From positions 3,224,001 through 3,288,000 of the forward strand of contig JAYWIR010000018.1 of NCBI GenBank assembly GCA_036172245.1: a stretch of 64,000 bases of DNA, in the 5' to 3' direction. How positions within the stretch are numbered: position 1 is the stretch's first letter; each line of letters opens with the position of its first letter. Both the position numbers and the translations under genes were made by a program. This document shows, piece by piece, positions 49,183 through 63,960 of this stretch. Under the pieces are notes generated by a model. The model had not been told where the DNA came from and did not search any database. It worked only from the letters and a program-made list of their open reading frames with translations. This stretch comes from Raillietiella orientalis (taxonomy: Eukaryota).

Positions 49183-52100
49183 TCAAATTTTGGGCACTTT
49201 TGCATTACTTTCATTAGATGCATCTTCACCAGCTCTCTTTTTACCTTTTAAAGTATTTCTCTTTTCTCCTTTTTTAACTAAAAAGAAAAACAGAAATGTT
49301 TTTTGAAAACATGCATTACAGGCTCCTTACAGAGTTTCTTTTTAGTTCGAAGCTTTAATTGATCTTGCTTCGCTTTTTCCAAAAATACTTTTTCTTCATC
49401 ACCTGTTAACACATTAATATCAACTTCTAAATCACCTACTGTGATTTTATCTCCAAATTTTTCAATCACCTATAAGTTTGATATGACAGTTATTTTCCGG
49501 AACAAACATATGAGATTATATAAATTCACTTGAATTCTACAATTATCTAGCAAGAGTTGCATCTTACTGTTCTGATATTCATAAATACACTATCAATGCA
49601 AACATTACACTTTTTGCAGAATCCTGCTTAGATAAACGAACCCAGGCTTCACTGTCACCACATTTGAACTCTACAAAAGCAACTTGTACATCTGCTTCCG
49701 ATATTTTTGATTTTATGTCTTCTCTAGTTGTAGTATTGTTAGCAGGAAACCCCTTTAAGTGAAGAACTGTTCCAGAAGGTAAAGAAGAAGTATATTCAGG
49801 CTTCAGCTCGATTTGCTAGCAAAATCATTTGAAATTAATGTCCTTCGGAATTAAGCATCAAAGAAAATATACTTTTTTTTAATTTTTAATTTGCAAAATG
49901 GTAAGGTTAATAATGACAAGTTCCTTACCAATTGAAGATTACCATACATGCATGGCAACTGTTTAATAATAGATCAATTTATGAAAATAAAGCTATTAAT
50001 TTTTTTTTGTAAACATTCGCTTCTCATTTACTACAATAATACAATTACTATGATACTAGTCTAAGTCACCTGATTTTTTTTTATTTTCCTATTATTTTTC
50101 CCACTTTTATAAAGCAACCTCTTTTCTTCAATACGAGTTTTCCTGAAAAGGGCTACTAGCCAGCTTTCAAGTTATTTCTTCTCATTACCACCATTTCTTC
50201 TCAATATCATTATTAAGAAATTTGACAGATGCATTTTGCAAGAATTTTTCGGCTGCTTCTGGTGTTCCAAACAAAACCAAAACAGATCCTTTGAATATCC
50301 ATTTCTGCTCAAGTTTGTTGAAAAACTTTCTCATCTAGGAAAAGAAACACACATGAACAAAACCGACTATTCCAATACATGTTATACCCGAACATTTTCC
50401 ACATTTTCAAATGACTGAAAAAACTCCAACAACACATCAATATCAATCTCTTCTTTTGGAAAACCTTTACAATACACTGTCCTATTAAGAATGCTAGTCT
50501 TATATTCTTCATTGAATTCAGGAAGTGGTTTATCCTTTTTGCGTCTAATTTTTGTTCCATCACTGTTTACCTACATATAAGTTTTCTGTAAGCTTCTATT
50601 AGCAAATCGTGTGTGAAAAAAAAAAAGCTATTCAGAAAATTCCGTGAGATCATGTGGTTCCTTTTTAAAATAACAAATACTTCAAATAAGAGAGATCAAA
50701 GGTACTCTTATTACCTTATGGGATAATAACTGTATAATTAATGAACATATAATTCCTTTTTGTACTTCATAAAGCACGTACCCAAAACAATAATAATAAA
50801 AGTACCTAACAAAAGCACTATCATATAAGTGCCCTGAATAAAAAATTCAATTTTTGGTAAAAAATCATAATCACAAAACATCATTAAATGTTAAAATTAG
50901 GATTTTACATTACATTACACCACATTTTTAAATTACATCACTTTTTACACACAAAGAAAAACTTCATAACTTTACATCAAAACTTGAGTTTCATACTTCA
51001 ACGAGGTCACTAGTTTGTAATGCAGATCCAATCACTTCAACATCTGTAGTGATAGACGCCAATCTGCGGAACTTTATCATTGTATTCATTGGAACCCAAC
51101 CATCTTCATTTTTGATCAGGTTTTGCATGAATTTATCTCTTGATAGGTTTACATCACCAAAGTAGTACTGGAATGGTAACACCAAAATGCATGAACTGGA
51201 TCATGAGAAACATTTGTTTAAATTAAGAATTGTAATTTTTCTTTCCAATTCATGTAAGAAAGAAACTAAAAACTCAGGGATAAACATACTAAGTTTTCCA
51301 CTGTTAAGTGTTTTAAACAAGAAAACAATGAAATTAAATAGCAATCAATAGTGATGCTATTTCAACTGAAATTTTCACAACCAGCAAAAGCAATCAATAA
51401 ATACAGAACTGAAAAAATTCAAATTTATTTCAGTGAAGCAATGTCCCCTTCAAGCATGCAAGATTCAGTAAGCAACAAATCACTGTGAAGAGCATAAAAT
51501 CAATGGCCACAGACCAATGATTTGTTGTAGAGTTTTATAAAAATTACAGACTGGGCAACTAAACACTATAACAATACATGTGAATATAACTCCATTTAAT
51601 ATTCATTATAATCTAAAACCAAAACACTCGACGTGTAATTTTCAACAACACTAAACATGTTTTCGAAATACTTTGTTCACTGAATATTTCAACATTTATT
51701 CTTGCACTTTTTGAGAATTTTTTTTTTTTTGTATGTGAAATGCATCGATCCTAAAATTATACACGTTAAAATTTTGTTTTCAAAAATCAATAACTTTCAC
51801 TAAGTCCTTCACATTCATGAATATGAGAAATGGACTTTCCAAGATGCAATGGTCTGATCATAACAAAAACAAATGAAAAACTGTGACTGAGTAATTAAGT
51901 ACTTGCAAAAGTCCTGTACTTTCTGTAACCAAAGTGCATTTTTTACTTTGTAAGACATTCAAAAAACTTCTACTGATCATCAAGAACAAAGGCATTGGCT
52001 GTTAGCAGCTCACAAGTATAATTTACAAAGAAGAATATGAAAGACAAATGTAATACTTCAAAGGAATATTTCCGAGTATCAAAGAACAAAAGCCACTGTG

Positions 52101-53315
52101 ACAGTATTTGAGTTTTAAAAGTTTTCATCATCTTCATGTGTACATGTATTGTGTGATATCCTTTGCGAAATTGATAATTCACAAACTAAGGTGCGTTACA
52201 ATGACAGTGAGGAAATCACATTAAAATCTACGAATTTGCAGGTATGCAGCATCAGACACAAAAAAATGAAACAGATGGTTGAATTCCACAGCAAACAGAA
52301 ACATCTATTTTCCTATGATTTCACACTTTAATGTTGTAAAAAATAGCAACGCATCCAATCTAGAAATATTAAAAACATTGCTTTTAAAGTTATAATTTAC
52401 TGCACATCAATCATCAATCATCAAGAAGTAATTAATCAATCTAAGAGTAAACTCTTTAAAAGGATGTCCTGCATGAGGAGATAAAACTAGACTGTGCTTT
52501 AGAGAGAGATTACACTTACATAAAACTGCTACAAGTTAGAGTTCAAGTGAACTATCATAGAACAAATTAGAAATGCAGATATGTGTATTACACTTAGGTT
52601 ACTTTCAAAAAAAATCCTTAAACAGGCTACAAACTTTATTTGCAATTAATGATTTTTAATGAAATTCCACAAGGCTTTGGGCTCAATTATGACCTCAAAA
52701 TTCACACGTTTGCTTATAACTAACGGAGAGTAAAATGACCTTTTGTTTAATGCATCAAAAATAGCGAGTTTTGAGAGTTCAGGGCAAACTTAAGTATTCC
52801 AACATAATAAAAATAACAGACAATTCTTCAGCACCTTTATAATTTAATTTGGACTTCTGTTTACTTCAACTATTATTAGGAATAGCATACTAGTAGTAAT
52901 TGCAAGAACTCAGGAATTATTAATTACAGGAAAAGTAATAAAGGCCTAGAAATTGACCAGAAACTGTTTTCTTCTTTATCATAACTCTCTGCATTAAGGA
53001 TACAAATCGGGTATTTAACACTTGAAATGAAACCCATATCATTTCAATTTCATTTCAAGTTTCTTCTTTTTTGGACAAAGTGATGAAGAAACAACATGAT
53101 ATTACAATTGATGTGGGCGATATTTTGGGCAAATTTTAAACGGTGTTCACTATATATATCTACTATGATTGTATATTAAAATGTAAGCAGATTTTAACAA
53201 ATCAAACGCATACTCATTAGTTTTTTGTTATTTTACCCAAATTTTACCAATGACATGAGAAGCATGAATACAAAACTTTTACCTCTATTTGTTTTCGAGC
53301 CGCTTGCGCTGCCAT
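49183..53315 (-). CDS. SSB: La autoantigen / SS-B homologue (La motif, RRM1, RRM2, basic C-terminus), ~348 aa, 8 coding exons: 53315-53283, 51167-50997, 50570-50388, 50334-50189, 50142-50070, 49815-49609, 49469-49331, 49277-49183
   Basis: Spliced translation MAAQAARKQIE|YYFGDVNLSRDKFM...GWVP...F.RL|VNSDGTKIRR..KPLPE...NRTVYCKGFP|MRK...FKGSVLVLF|...GTVLHLKGF...TREDIK...VAFVEF..GD.EAWVR|...VLTGDEEK.FL|...GKKRAGED...KVPKI*. All introns are GT-AG and phases are consistent. The exon 4 donor could be 3 nt earlier. Confidence 0.95.
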
Positions 53316-56300
53316 TTCTACTTCATCGAGCAAGAGTCTCTGAAACACGTGAGATGAGACTCGATACTTCAGTGCTACTCTATCACATCTACATATGAAT
53401 CCTTAATACATGCATCATAAAATTTTGAGAAATGTACTTCATCCACTCCATTTCAAAAATTTCGCAATAGAAATGTTCAATTCAATTCGGAATTTCGGAT
53501 AAAGCAAATCTACAAATTTTTTCTGAAATGAAATTAATTTTATTACTATTTGAAAATAAGAATTTAGGTAATAAATTTATCTATTTCTGAAGTTTTTATT
53601 ATAGCTTTCCTTTCAGTCTGGAAGTAGGAACTTTCTCGAGTAATTATTTTATCTTCTTTTTAGTCACACAGAATTTTCACTCATGATGATGATGATGACC
53701 TTTTTATGAATCTTGAGTTTGCAATGAAACAGACAAAATAGCATATGTATTTAATAACAGAAAATTCCAAAATGTTCAATGATTGTAGCGTTTTTTTGCA
53801 ATATGCATGCAGATTAAGTTGAATGTTATTCATATCATTTCGTGAATACCTTAGTTTTATATGCTTTCTTTCTTTCAAGAGCTTGACTATAAGTACTTGT
53901 TTTTTATAAGAACGAATATCATGTTTCGGAATAATGAATACCATGGACATGCCTGCCTTAGCGTGTAATCATAAGGCTAATTGAAAATAACATACTTTCA
54001 AACAGTCTGGTGAGGAAAACTACATTGGTTGTCAATGAAAGCATTACATGATACATATGAGACGATACCATATAGTCTCCCTTCAAAAAAAGGGCATGTG
54101 TAAATAATGATATTGTCATTATGCATTTATGATGAACCTGGAAAATAAGTCCAAAGATATTTACAATGAGTAATCATAAGATTCATAATCATAGAGAGAT
54201 GTTTTAAGGCTTTCATCGTAGTTAACAGATGTTTTGTATATAATTTTTTGAAAGTTAGACTATTTTATATTACATACGAATGACACAGGAATCAATGGCC
54301 ATTATGTATTCGGAGCAAAAAGTAAGTTTGCATTTCCTTGGAAACTCCAATCAGAAAAGAAGTGCATATGGTAGATTCAGATATAGTTGTCCATATTTTT
54401 TTCCCCGTTTTCCCTTAATGACTCATATATTTAATAAACAAGCACATTTGAATATAGTTAGACATTATTAAATGCAATAATAATATTCTTCCACAGAGTA
54501 AGCATGGAGGAATTATGAAATAATATTAACAGTTACAAGGTCTCATAATAGCTGCGCTACATTGATGGAGTCTTAGAACCTTAGCATGAAAACTAACGGT
54601 ATTAATTTTAGATTCACAAACGATAAAACCATCAATTCTTTCATAAGGATCCATTAATTGCCTACATGTAGACAATTTTTCTACTTGATGGCTTAGTAGC
54701 TAAATTATTTGAATAATTACAGGTGCCTATACTTGAAAAGCATTGCTACAATAAATAGAGGTTTTTCGTTTGCGTTATGCAATAGAAGATGGACAATAAT
54801 ATGCTGTTATGAAGAGAAGAATTTTAAAATTTTTCATAGTTTTAAAGGTTTTTTGCATTGCTTTATTCTTGATGTGGGATTTTTATATTTTTCTTTGTCT
54901 GAAGACTGTTTTAATTCTCTGCACAATTAATCTAACAGACCTCTGAAGGCAATTATAAATAAGTCTTCCGTTTAAACCTGTCTTTCGCAGATGAAGTCTC
55001 TGAATAAAAATACGCTAATGTTTCTGCAATTATGAATGGAAAAAAAAATCAGGAATGAAAACGTATGTGGGATCTGTAGGCGATGAATTCCGTGATGTAA
55101 ATTTTGATGTGAAATCAGAATTCAAAATTTTCTTAAATTCATTAATAGAGAACGAAGTTTTCTTTAAACGAAGATTGCCAACTACGCGACCATTTCTTAC
55201 ACAAAAATTCTCATACACTACAATACGTTATTGCAAATGAAGAAATCAGGTTATTATTTTTAGAACTCTTTTTAAAAAAGAGCATTTTGTATGTTTATGA
55301 AGCTTTCATTTACGGATACGAGAAACAGCTACTTAGGTACGCACACTAGTCGTTAAGTAATTATTTAATTTCGCATGCTTATTATACTTGATTCATCGAA
55401 TGAAACAAGTCTCTATATGCTTTAATCTCAGGTGGTCGCATTCTAACATTCGTACTCATATGATGTACCTTGAGGGTACCAGGAAATATTCAGTTTTTCA
55501 GATAGATCATTAAAGATTTTCTATGCTTGCAATAATAGTGTGATTAATTTTCATATGCATGAGTTTTAAAATGAATTTCTTAAGCACCTTAGCTGATGAG
55601 AGCATTCTGTTTTGGGGACTCTTGCACTCAGAAAAATTATTATTTATTTTAAGTATTATAATTTTTTTTACAGTTGTGTAGGTTCAATTCACAATAGTAT
55701 TGTCATAATAGCTGTATTGAATAAATTTGTATGGATTGGAGTGAAAATTTCTGTTCTTCATTTCATTCTTTACTTGCGTAGAACTTCTCCTTTTTCCACA
55801 TTTTCATTTCACAAATGTTTTTTACTTTTTTTTTCTTTTTTCTTTCAATTAACAAATGTTGACTCGTTACAAATTCGATCTTTACGTGCTCTGCGTGAGC
55901 GGAAAATAGTTTGTGTAGCCAATTGTAGGTGTAGTAAGTGTTGTTAGATATAGTGAAAATCCTTCCAAAGCAAAGCAATCAGACTAGTAAAATGACTTCA
56001 GAAATGAAAGAAAGCATTACATTCATAATTGTTAAAAAACCCAAATTTGGAAATTAGTTTTATTGAATGTGGAATGTGTATTATGTAGGTTTAACTTATA
56101 TTCTCTGTCTTTGCATGTTTTTCCAAAAGTAAGATCTCATATTCCTATTACATTATTCATGGAAAAATACTTGGGTGTTTGTGGATGCATGTATACGCAC
56201 ATATATCTACACATATGTATTTGTATCTGTATTTATTTTCACCATGCATCATTGTATGTGCAGTTATAGTTTTCAATGTTTGACAAATACTTGGTGCGTA

Positions 56301-56764
56301 AATGTTTCAACAAAATTTGTTCACTTCCTATGGATCGCCAGATAAGCAGTCGTTCTTTCTTGGAATCTTGCAAATATTGTGGCATAAGCGTACGCTGTAG
56401 TTATGTTTGAAATTAATTATTGAAAAAAGTCTAAAAAGTTGAACTGATTTTTAAAATGCAAGTAGCGTTAGTTGTAGGATTCGTTACTGCTTTTGGAGTA
56501 AAATCAATGCTTTGCAATACTGACATTATGCATTTAGTGTACTGTAATGTAATATATCAATTAATGTTATATTAAGTAATATTACACCATAATGATGTGA
56601 TTAGATTCAAATTTTTAATTATAAATTTGCATTTGTTATACAGTACTTTTTCTAGACAAATGAAATGATTGCTTTTGCTCAGCTCTTGGAAACATCTGTG
56701 AGGCTGTTGATTATTAAAGTCTGGAGACATGCCACCTGTTTTTTTAAATTTTTGTTTTGAAAAG

Positions 56765-56960
56765 TGGAATAGACCAAGATTCTATTCTTGAACGCTTATC
56801 AGTTATGTCTGGAAAATGTTTTTCCATTTCTAGTTTGGATGATTTGCTTGATGCTTGTCGTGAAGATGCTGAAGATTTGCTTCTTAATTTGGGATTTGGA
56901 TCTACTCAGTTGTCAAGCTTGGAATCTCGAATTCCAGCGCGTTTTCTAAAACCTTCAAAA
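56765..56960 (+). CDS. Internal exon of a KRAP/SSFA2/ITPRID/Tespa1-family protein (IP3R-binding domain)
   Basis: SISSLDDLLDACREDAEDLLLNLGFG....LESRIPARFLKPSK matches the family pattern S..LL....DPEE.L..LGFG......IP.RF..PS. Flanked by AG and GTATGA. Other exons were not resolved. Confidence 0.8.
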
Positions 56961-59551
56961 GTATGATATACTCAGTTTCTTTACTATTTTAGTTATTATT
57001 ATGTCGTTTTTTTTTTTTTTACTTAGTTCATGAATGAAATTCCAAAAAGTTCCAATTTCACAAAGTATGCCTTGTAAGTGTCTGCATTTATTTTAAAAAT
57101 TTAGATGACTTTCTTTTTGAGATTATAATTTTCAATTTGTTTCTACTGTTATTGTTTTGTTTTTTCTTAAAGCATTCAACTCTTAAAATCAGGTTTCAGG
57201 AGGAAACACATTGGTGCATAAATTGAATTTTGCAATTGGACTGTTTGCCTTATGTTCCTGAGAGTCATACATATGCACTCTGTTTAACTTGTCTACCATT
57301 TCTGTCACTGTCTAGTTAAATTATTTATACATCTGACATCATTTTAGTACATGATTACAGCCATTATGTTTCATGTTGATCATTATGCACATGCAGTTGT
57401 TGGTACATCTAATGAAATCAAATTTCTTTATGTTAGATTGCATAAAGAACATAATTACTTCATAAAATAAAAAGCAAGGTATCCTATTTCATAGGAATGT
57501 CATGCTATATTTTGAAGGTTTTCAGTTTTACTTTTGCTCCAATTTAAAAAAAAAATTATCCATGTATTTTCATTCTTTGTTAATTGCATCCATAATGCAA
57601 AAGAGTATTACAAGCAGTATTTGCATTGTATCATGCAAACATTAAAGATTACTTTATTGGTTGTCAAAATAAATTCTTGAATGTTCTTTGAGCTCCTTGT
57701 TTCCTTCCTCCTTATTGTAAATTACTCTTATTTAAATTCAGGTTTGTTTTTAAAAGTGAGAATTCAGGTTCGCAATTGTCTTAATGCAAAGTTACATGCA
57801 GACAGCGGCGTGGTATTGGAGGTTATAGAATGTTATTAACAAAGCAAATGTATCATTAAAAATAAAATTTAATTGCAACATCTTACTCAACACAATTATT
57901 TTATTGATTTTCACTTGCAGTTTCCTTGAAGTTTATTTTGAATAAAGGCTGTGACTCAGTGGTAATAAAAATTTCAGTATTTAATAAATATTGCAGTATA
58001 ATACTAGTTGTAGAGGGTTGTACACATGTGGTTCCATCGTAGTTACTCCAGCTTTTACTTCTTGATTTCAGATCATTTCCCTGCATTGGAGATTATTTTC
58101 GCGATTCTGAGTACCTTTTGCCATGAGTTACATAGGTATTTCGTACCATCTTCAACAAAATTATTTTTCTGTATCTTTAAGTTTCCCCTTTCTAATTTTT
58201 TTTCTTCGAAGAAATGGATGAAGGTTTTTTTAAAATTATCCAGTAAGTTAAAATCTGTTTGCAGTAAAGTGTTTTGCATTTAAGTAGAGGGCAAAAATTT
58301 AAACGCACGTTGCGTTACAAATCAATATGATACACACTTTATATCGATTGATTGGAGTTTTTAAGAGTTCGGAAATTGCGCCCATTCGTTCAATTGGGGA
58401 TTAATTTGCAGTGAGAGTACGGAAGTCGAGAGTAGCAAAGCTTGTACAAGCCAGTGAGAGTACAATAAATAGTAGTACTGGCAAAGCTAGTTCTACAATT
58501 TGTTGTTAACCATTACAGTATATGAACACATTTCATATAATTCTCTTCCATCCATCGCTCGAAGATTCGTCTAAATAATGTTTCATTAGATGTGATAGAG
58601 CATGGATTCGATAGAATGCGAGTTTACAGCAGTCATTGAGGATTGAATGTGTTCCTCCGAAAAATTATGTACGTGTTGGATTTGATGTATTTGCCTTTTT
58701 TTTTAAAAAAAAGAAAATGGTTGCTATTTTTACCATCGGCTTGCTTAAGTAATGGATCGTTTTTAGAATTACGTTTTTTTGGAATAACGTAATTTTCCTG
58801 AAAGTGGCTGCGGACTCTAGTTCAAAAAAATCAAGGACACGGAATGTGGCTGAAGTGGCTAGACCTTGAAAACAAATGAAGGCACTGAAGATAATAGTTT
58901 CCTTATTATGAAATCCTGTGCTTAGCATGAAGTACGAAAGTTTTTAGGGATGATTGATCTTCTAGAAATGGGATAGATTCTTTGAAGGAAGAGGATGTGA
59001 TCAACATTTCCGGAAAAATTATATTGTCGTAAAGAAGAATCATGAGAGTTTAGAATCAGTTTGAAATCTAAGAAGGAGTAATTGGACACAGCTTGGTGGT
59101 GTACGGTAATCGAGAGCAATAGTTGAAATCTCATTGTGTCAGATTCTGTGTGGCTTCTCAGTTTGTGAATCAGGAGAAAAGCAATCCCCCCTCCCCCCCC
59201 CCCCAGAAGTTAGGGTTCACACTTTGATTCGTAAAAAGCAGGATTTACCCCTAACAGGTGGGGGGGGGGGAATCCGTTAAATGAGTTTTCAGAAAATGGA
59301 GAGGAACAGAATCCAAGAGAAACGAATTTCCGTTTTCATAAAAAAAAAAAGGAAAAAAGAAAATACCCAGAATCGATGAGTCGGAACTCGATTCGAATTT
59401 CATGGATGTCCAAAGGAACAACCAATGGATGAGAAATCGGGAAGAAAGGAACAGATGGAAAATCGATTTTTTTGGAAATTCTGAAAATAATAATACGATT
59501 GTGGACAGAGAGAGTGAAGAAAGAAGGCAGTCATTCTCTTTCAGGAATCAT

Positions 59552-59569
59552 CACACACACACACACACA
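59552..59569. repeat. (CA)n microsatellite
   Basis: Visible directly. Confidence 0.9.
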
Positions 59570-61017
59570 TGATCTGGAAAGGAGTCTGAATATTCGGGAT
59601 GAACGTCGAATAAAATTTCGAGTAGCATTCGAAGACAGTAAACTGACTAGCAAGACGGTGAGTATCGCTAGATATTATTTCGATTTTTGGTGTAGGAGAG
59701 ATGGGTTCGAATGCATGGAAAAGAGTGATAAGCCGGAATAGACGCTTTTTCAAGGCAAGCAGCGATCTGCAGTATCTCAACGTTATGTTCCCAGATTAGG
59801 GACCGTTCTGGTGTCGATGTACTATGTCATCCTCCCCTTGTGCGTTCACACACCCCAAGGAACTCTGGTAGGACCGGAAGTGGAGTTTTCAGCGACAGAA
59901 GATGAAAGGTTCTTTAGCACAAGGTTGTAGAATGAGAAGGAAGCTTGGTCGGCTTAGAGAAACCTATCTAAGATAGACATTGTAGGCAAAAAAGGATGGG
60001 CTTGTCGTTTTCTTCGCGGAAATTCCATTTGCCACCGAATCTGATTCGTTACCTTCTCATTTCTACCTGCTTCGGCGGCACACAGTTAAAATGGGAGGAA
60101 TGCGGAGGATCAGATCATATTAATTTCCCGGAATTGAAGTCAAAGAAAAGGAGGGAAGAAGAGTTCCGTTTTATAGGTCAACTCGCGAATCAACGCCAGA
60201 ATTGACAAGTAATTGACTCGGTTATGGTGATGCTAACTACGATGAATCAAGGAGGGTGTAGCACGAAACCATCTGTTGAGGACGTGTATGAAATACGTTG
60301 ATTTCGTACGGCTCGGTAAATCGGCTCTGTTCGATTCTGTGTATAAATTTCATTTTGCTGCATAGTGTTGGTGCTGCAGTTTTATTGGTTTCAGTAATTG
60401 ATTCCATTTTACTCGCAGTTTGGTGAATAAAATATAAAGCAGGAAGACACATTTTCCAACAGCAGGAATTATAGAGCAGAAGCTAGAATTGTTCAAATGG
60501 AACGAAAATTGACAAAAGTCGAAGAGCAATTTTTTACATTTAGTTATATGGTAAATAAACACTTTGAATTTTTCCCTTTTCGCTTCAAAGTGAAACAAAC
60601 ATTCTGTTATGACGTTTTAAGATACAGTATATCTTTTATAGATAGTGTTATGTTATCAGTGCAAAGGACTCGTGTAATACGGAACGTATCCCCCGCTTAA
60701 TACGTTGTATTCGTCCTTCCCTTCTTTTTCTTGTCCTGAACGAAGCTTACGGAAATTCTCTTACCTTTAGTGCTCGAGCTAATTAATCTTCCTTTTGGCT
60801 AATCAGATGAAGCACTTTGTATGTTATTGAAGTTATCTGTATTGTCACTTTCTCGCAAACCATTTGTATATAAAGAAAAAGGGAAAGTGATTCAGGATTC
60901 TAAGTGCTAATTAATGAATAGTGAAATCATCATTTTTCAAGAGTATTCGAAAATAATACGGAAAGCATTTTATGAAATACCTTCTGGAAATCAGACAGTA
61001 TTACATTATATGGATAT

Positions 61018-61057
<40 letters not shown>
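61018..61057. repeat. Compound (CA)n(TA)n microsatellite
   Basis: Visible directly. Confidence 0.95.
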
Positions 61058-63399
61058 CCATTTAGAAGATTTTATTTTTGTACTTGTCATTCGTTTGATA
61101 TGTTTTTGTAATTGTTCTGTTAATGTGTGTGCTTCATTCTAGCTTAAAGGAAACGATCTCGATGAATTTCTTAAAAAACAGGAAGAGACGGTTGATCTGC
61201 TGTCATCGAAATCACATGGATATCGTGGCCTTTCAAGTAATTTTAAATGATCACGCGAGAGCTGTCTTGTGCAGGGATGAAAATGTTCATACTATAAAGG
61301 TCCGGCATCTGAAATCCACACACACTTACATTTGACAGTTCTGTGCCTTACTGTTCTCCCTGTTAGTGGTTCAGAAAGGATTTTGCGATCCAGAGTTATC
61401 CTTACGAAAACCAGGACCAGTGAGTTCATTTAGGCGAGGCCTGCATTATATAAGAACACATTTCTTTTGCTTTGAAGTTGAATATGCAAGGAATAATTAT
61501 GGTCACTTTATGCAAACAATGCATGTGTAAAAAAAATTAGTCATTGAATGAAGTGATGCTGGAAATTAAAGACTTGGAACGTATAGTCAACTCAAATCTA
61601 GTAGTACATATATTTAAAGGGCGAAAACTCACTTCAAATAAACTTTTTTTTTGCAAGGCTGGTATTTTTATTTTGTCATTTTGGCTGAAGTGTTAATGCG
61701 CTCATTTAGAGTCCAGGTTCTCTTATTACATTGGATAAGAAGAAACGTGTTCATATTAAGGGAAAAAAAAAAAAAAAAAAACCTCGTTCCTGTGAAATGT
61801 GAATGTCATCTCTCATTATAGTTCAGTATTTCCACAAAGACTGTACCTGAAGGCGTCAAGATTTAAAATGAAGTGAAAACGCATCTTGGAACCCCTCAAG
61901 TCTGCTAATTTAGTCTGCGCCATGAATGTGTCAGAACAGTCATAAGAGCTACTCTCGACTTTGGGATGGGACTCTTGAGATTTGATGATGTGTGCGGTAT
62001 GGAAGAAAATCATGTGCACTAGATCAAGTCTGCTTGAAGATGTAGCAGTGATTTCTTCATTTGAATGAGATGTTGCGTAAAGGGAATTGACGCTTAGTAC
62101 TTACAGTGCGAATCCAGAAATCATTTCGGAGAATTAAAAAGAAATAGGTGGAACAGTCGAAATTTCAAAGAAAACTCCGGAAATGCCGGTTTCAGGTGCG
62201 CATTTGGAATGTCTTCTTTTTTCTCAGCCACATCGATTTTTGAAATAGTGACTATTAAACAAAGATTTCCCATGATGACGAATAAGAGAAATGCCACGGT
62301 ATGTAACAAGGGACTCGAGTTTTTACGAAGGAAGACCAATGTAGAACTTAAGGAATGCATGGATTAGATGATTGGGTCAGATCAGTGAAAAGTGCTCTGA
62401 TTAAGTATTCATTTCATTTGTATCCCTGCAACTGGCATGGTAGTAAAGACCTGAAATGCTCGAGAACAGTCCCATCAACATGAGGCACATTTCACCTACA
62501 AAAACAAGCCATGATGCAAGAGATTCGTGGATAATGGAACGTGAGTGCTCTGCAAGATGAACTCGGAAGACAAGGATCCTACCAGAAAAGATTGGAAGAA
62601 CATGCCATGCAATGTAGTAAGATGTGTGATAATGCAGGAAAGAATGTCAGAGATTCCACACATTCAATAAAATAGTGAAAGAATCAAATTAGGAAGTAAG
62701 TTTGTCAGTACTCGGTTTTGTTTTGTTCACTCGTGGACATGTATAATAAACGATTTGCTGGCAGACGAAAGCCGATACTTATTGCCTTTGTGAAACGAAC
62801 AGACAAACGTTAAATAGCTTTCTTCCCCACCAACTCCAAGATTCCATCATTGCAGAAGTGCACGAAACACATCATGTTGACGACCCCAAGTAATGTTTCT
62901 TAAATCCAATTCAGTGAATTCAAATCTGGAACTTGATTTGCGAACAGAGAAAATGAAGTCCTTAGGAAAAGAAGCACACATCACGGCATCCTGCCTATGT
63001 TTTGAATCTCCCAGCAATCCTTCTGTGCACAGCTTTTCTGAGATGATCAATGTCGAAGGCATGCTGCAACTAATTGTTCCATCTTATGGAGAAATTCGTC
63101 AATACTATTCAAATGATTCCGGGACTGATGTAGAAATGGCCGACCAGACTGTGGATGATCTAATGACTTGCCTTGAGAAATTTGTTCATGAGGATTTTAA
63201 TCATGCATCAGCGGTTTTGACACATTGTACGAAATGATCTGTTACGGGCGTTCGTTCTTTAAATTGTAGCTGACGGACATCAGGTTTACTTAGCATATAG
63301 TATTGCGTAGTATACTAGTATATAGACACGGTTGTGCAGTCTTTTCGGACGAAGAATATTCCCTACACAGATGTCCGATAAGGAACCAACATGACATGC

Positions 63400-63960
63400 G
63401 AGACGAGATGCTTCCTACACTGCAGAATAAGGCAGGGATTCCTTCGATAATTGATCTGTTGGAGTGGCATCTCTGCATCCACTGAAAGTAAAGCAACTGA
63501 GGTTGCCTTCGGACGCAAGTGTTTTGAAATCACACTTGCAGGTTTCTTTTAGACGAGCACGAAAGCCAGAGCGGCAACATCGAAATAAACGAAAATGTAG
63601 AAATATTCTAGAATGAAGCTTACCCAAGCCCAGCTGCAATATGCTTCCAGTTTGTCTGCCGAGTAGGTTTTTTGTTTGTCTGGAAGCTTCAGATTTGAGC
63701 ACTTATACATCTGAGTTTATCTCTCAGAGGAGAATACATCTGTCATGTCATTTTCAGTACGGCGGAAGTATTCGACTGTGTAGCGAAAACACTGTTCCGA
63801 GTTGATTGTGGCATCACAAAACCGATCCTCTCGGCTCCGCTGGCAGACTGCTGTTTGGTGTGTGGGGCGGAACGATCTTCGAAATTAGGGGGATAACAGA
63901 GTAGATTTCATGAATTTTCTGGAAAGGTCATACATATCGAGTAGGCAATGTTAAGAAATT
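63400..63960 (-). mobile_element. Possible pogo/Tigger-like DDE transposase remnant
   Basis: KIVPPHT/TAVCQ resembles IPPxTTxxCQPLD; only this motif is recognisable. Confidence 0.2.

Noticed and set aside
62893..63237. 114-aa ORF as a downstream exon of the KRAP-domain gene
   Set aside because: No recognisable similarity to the family and no convincing splice pattern identified.
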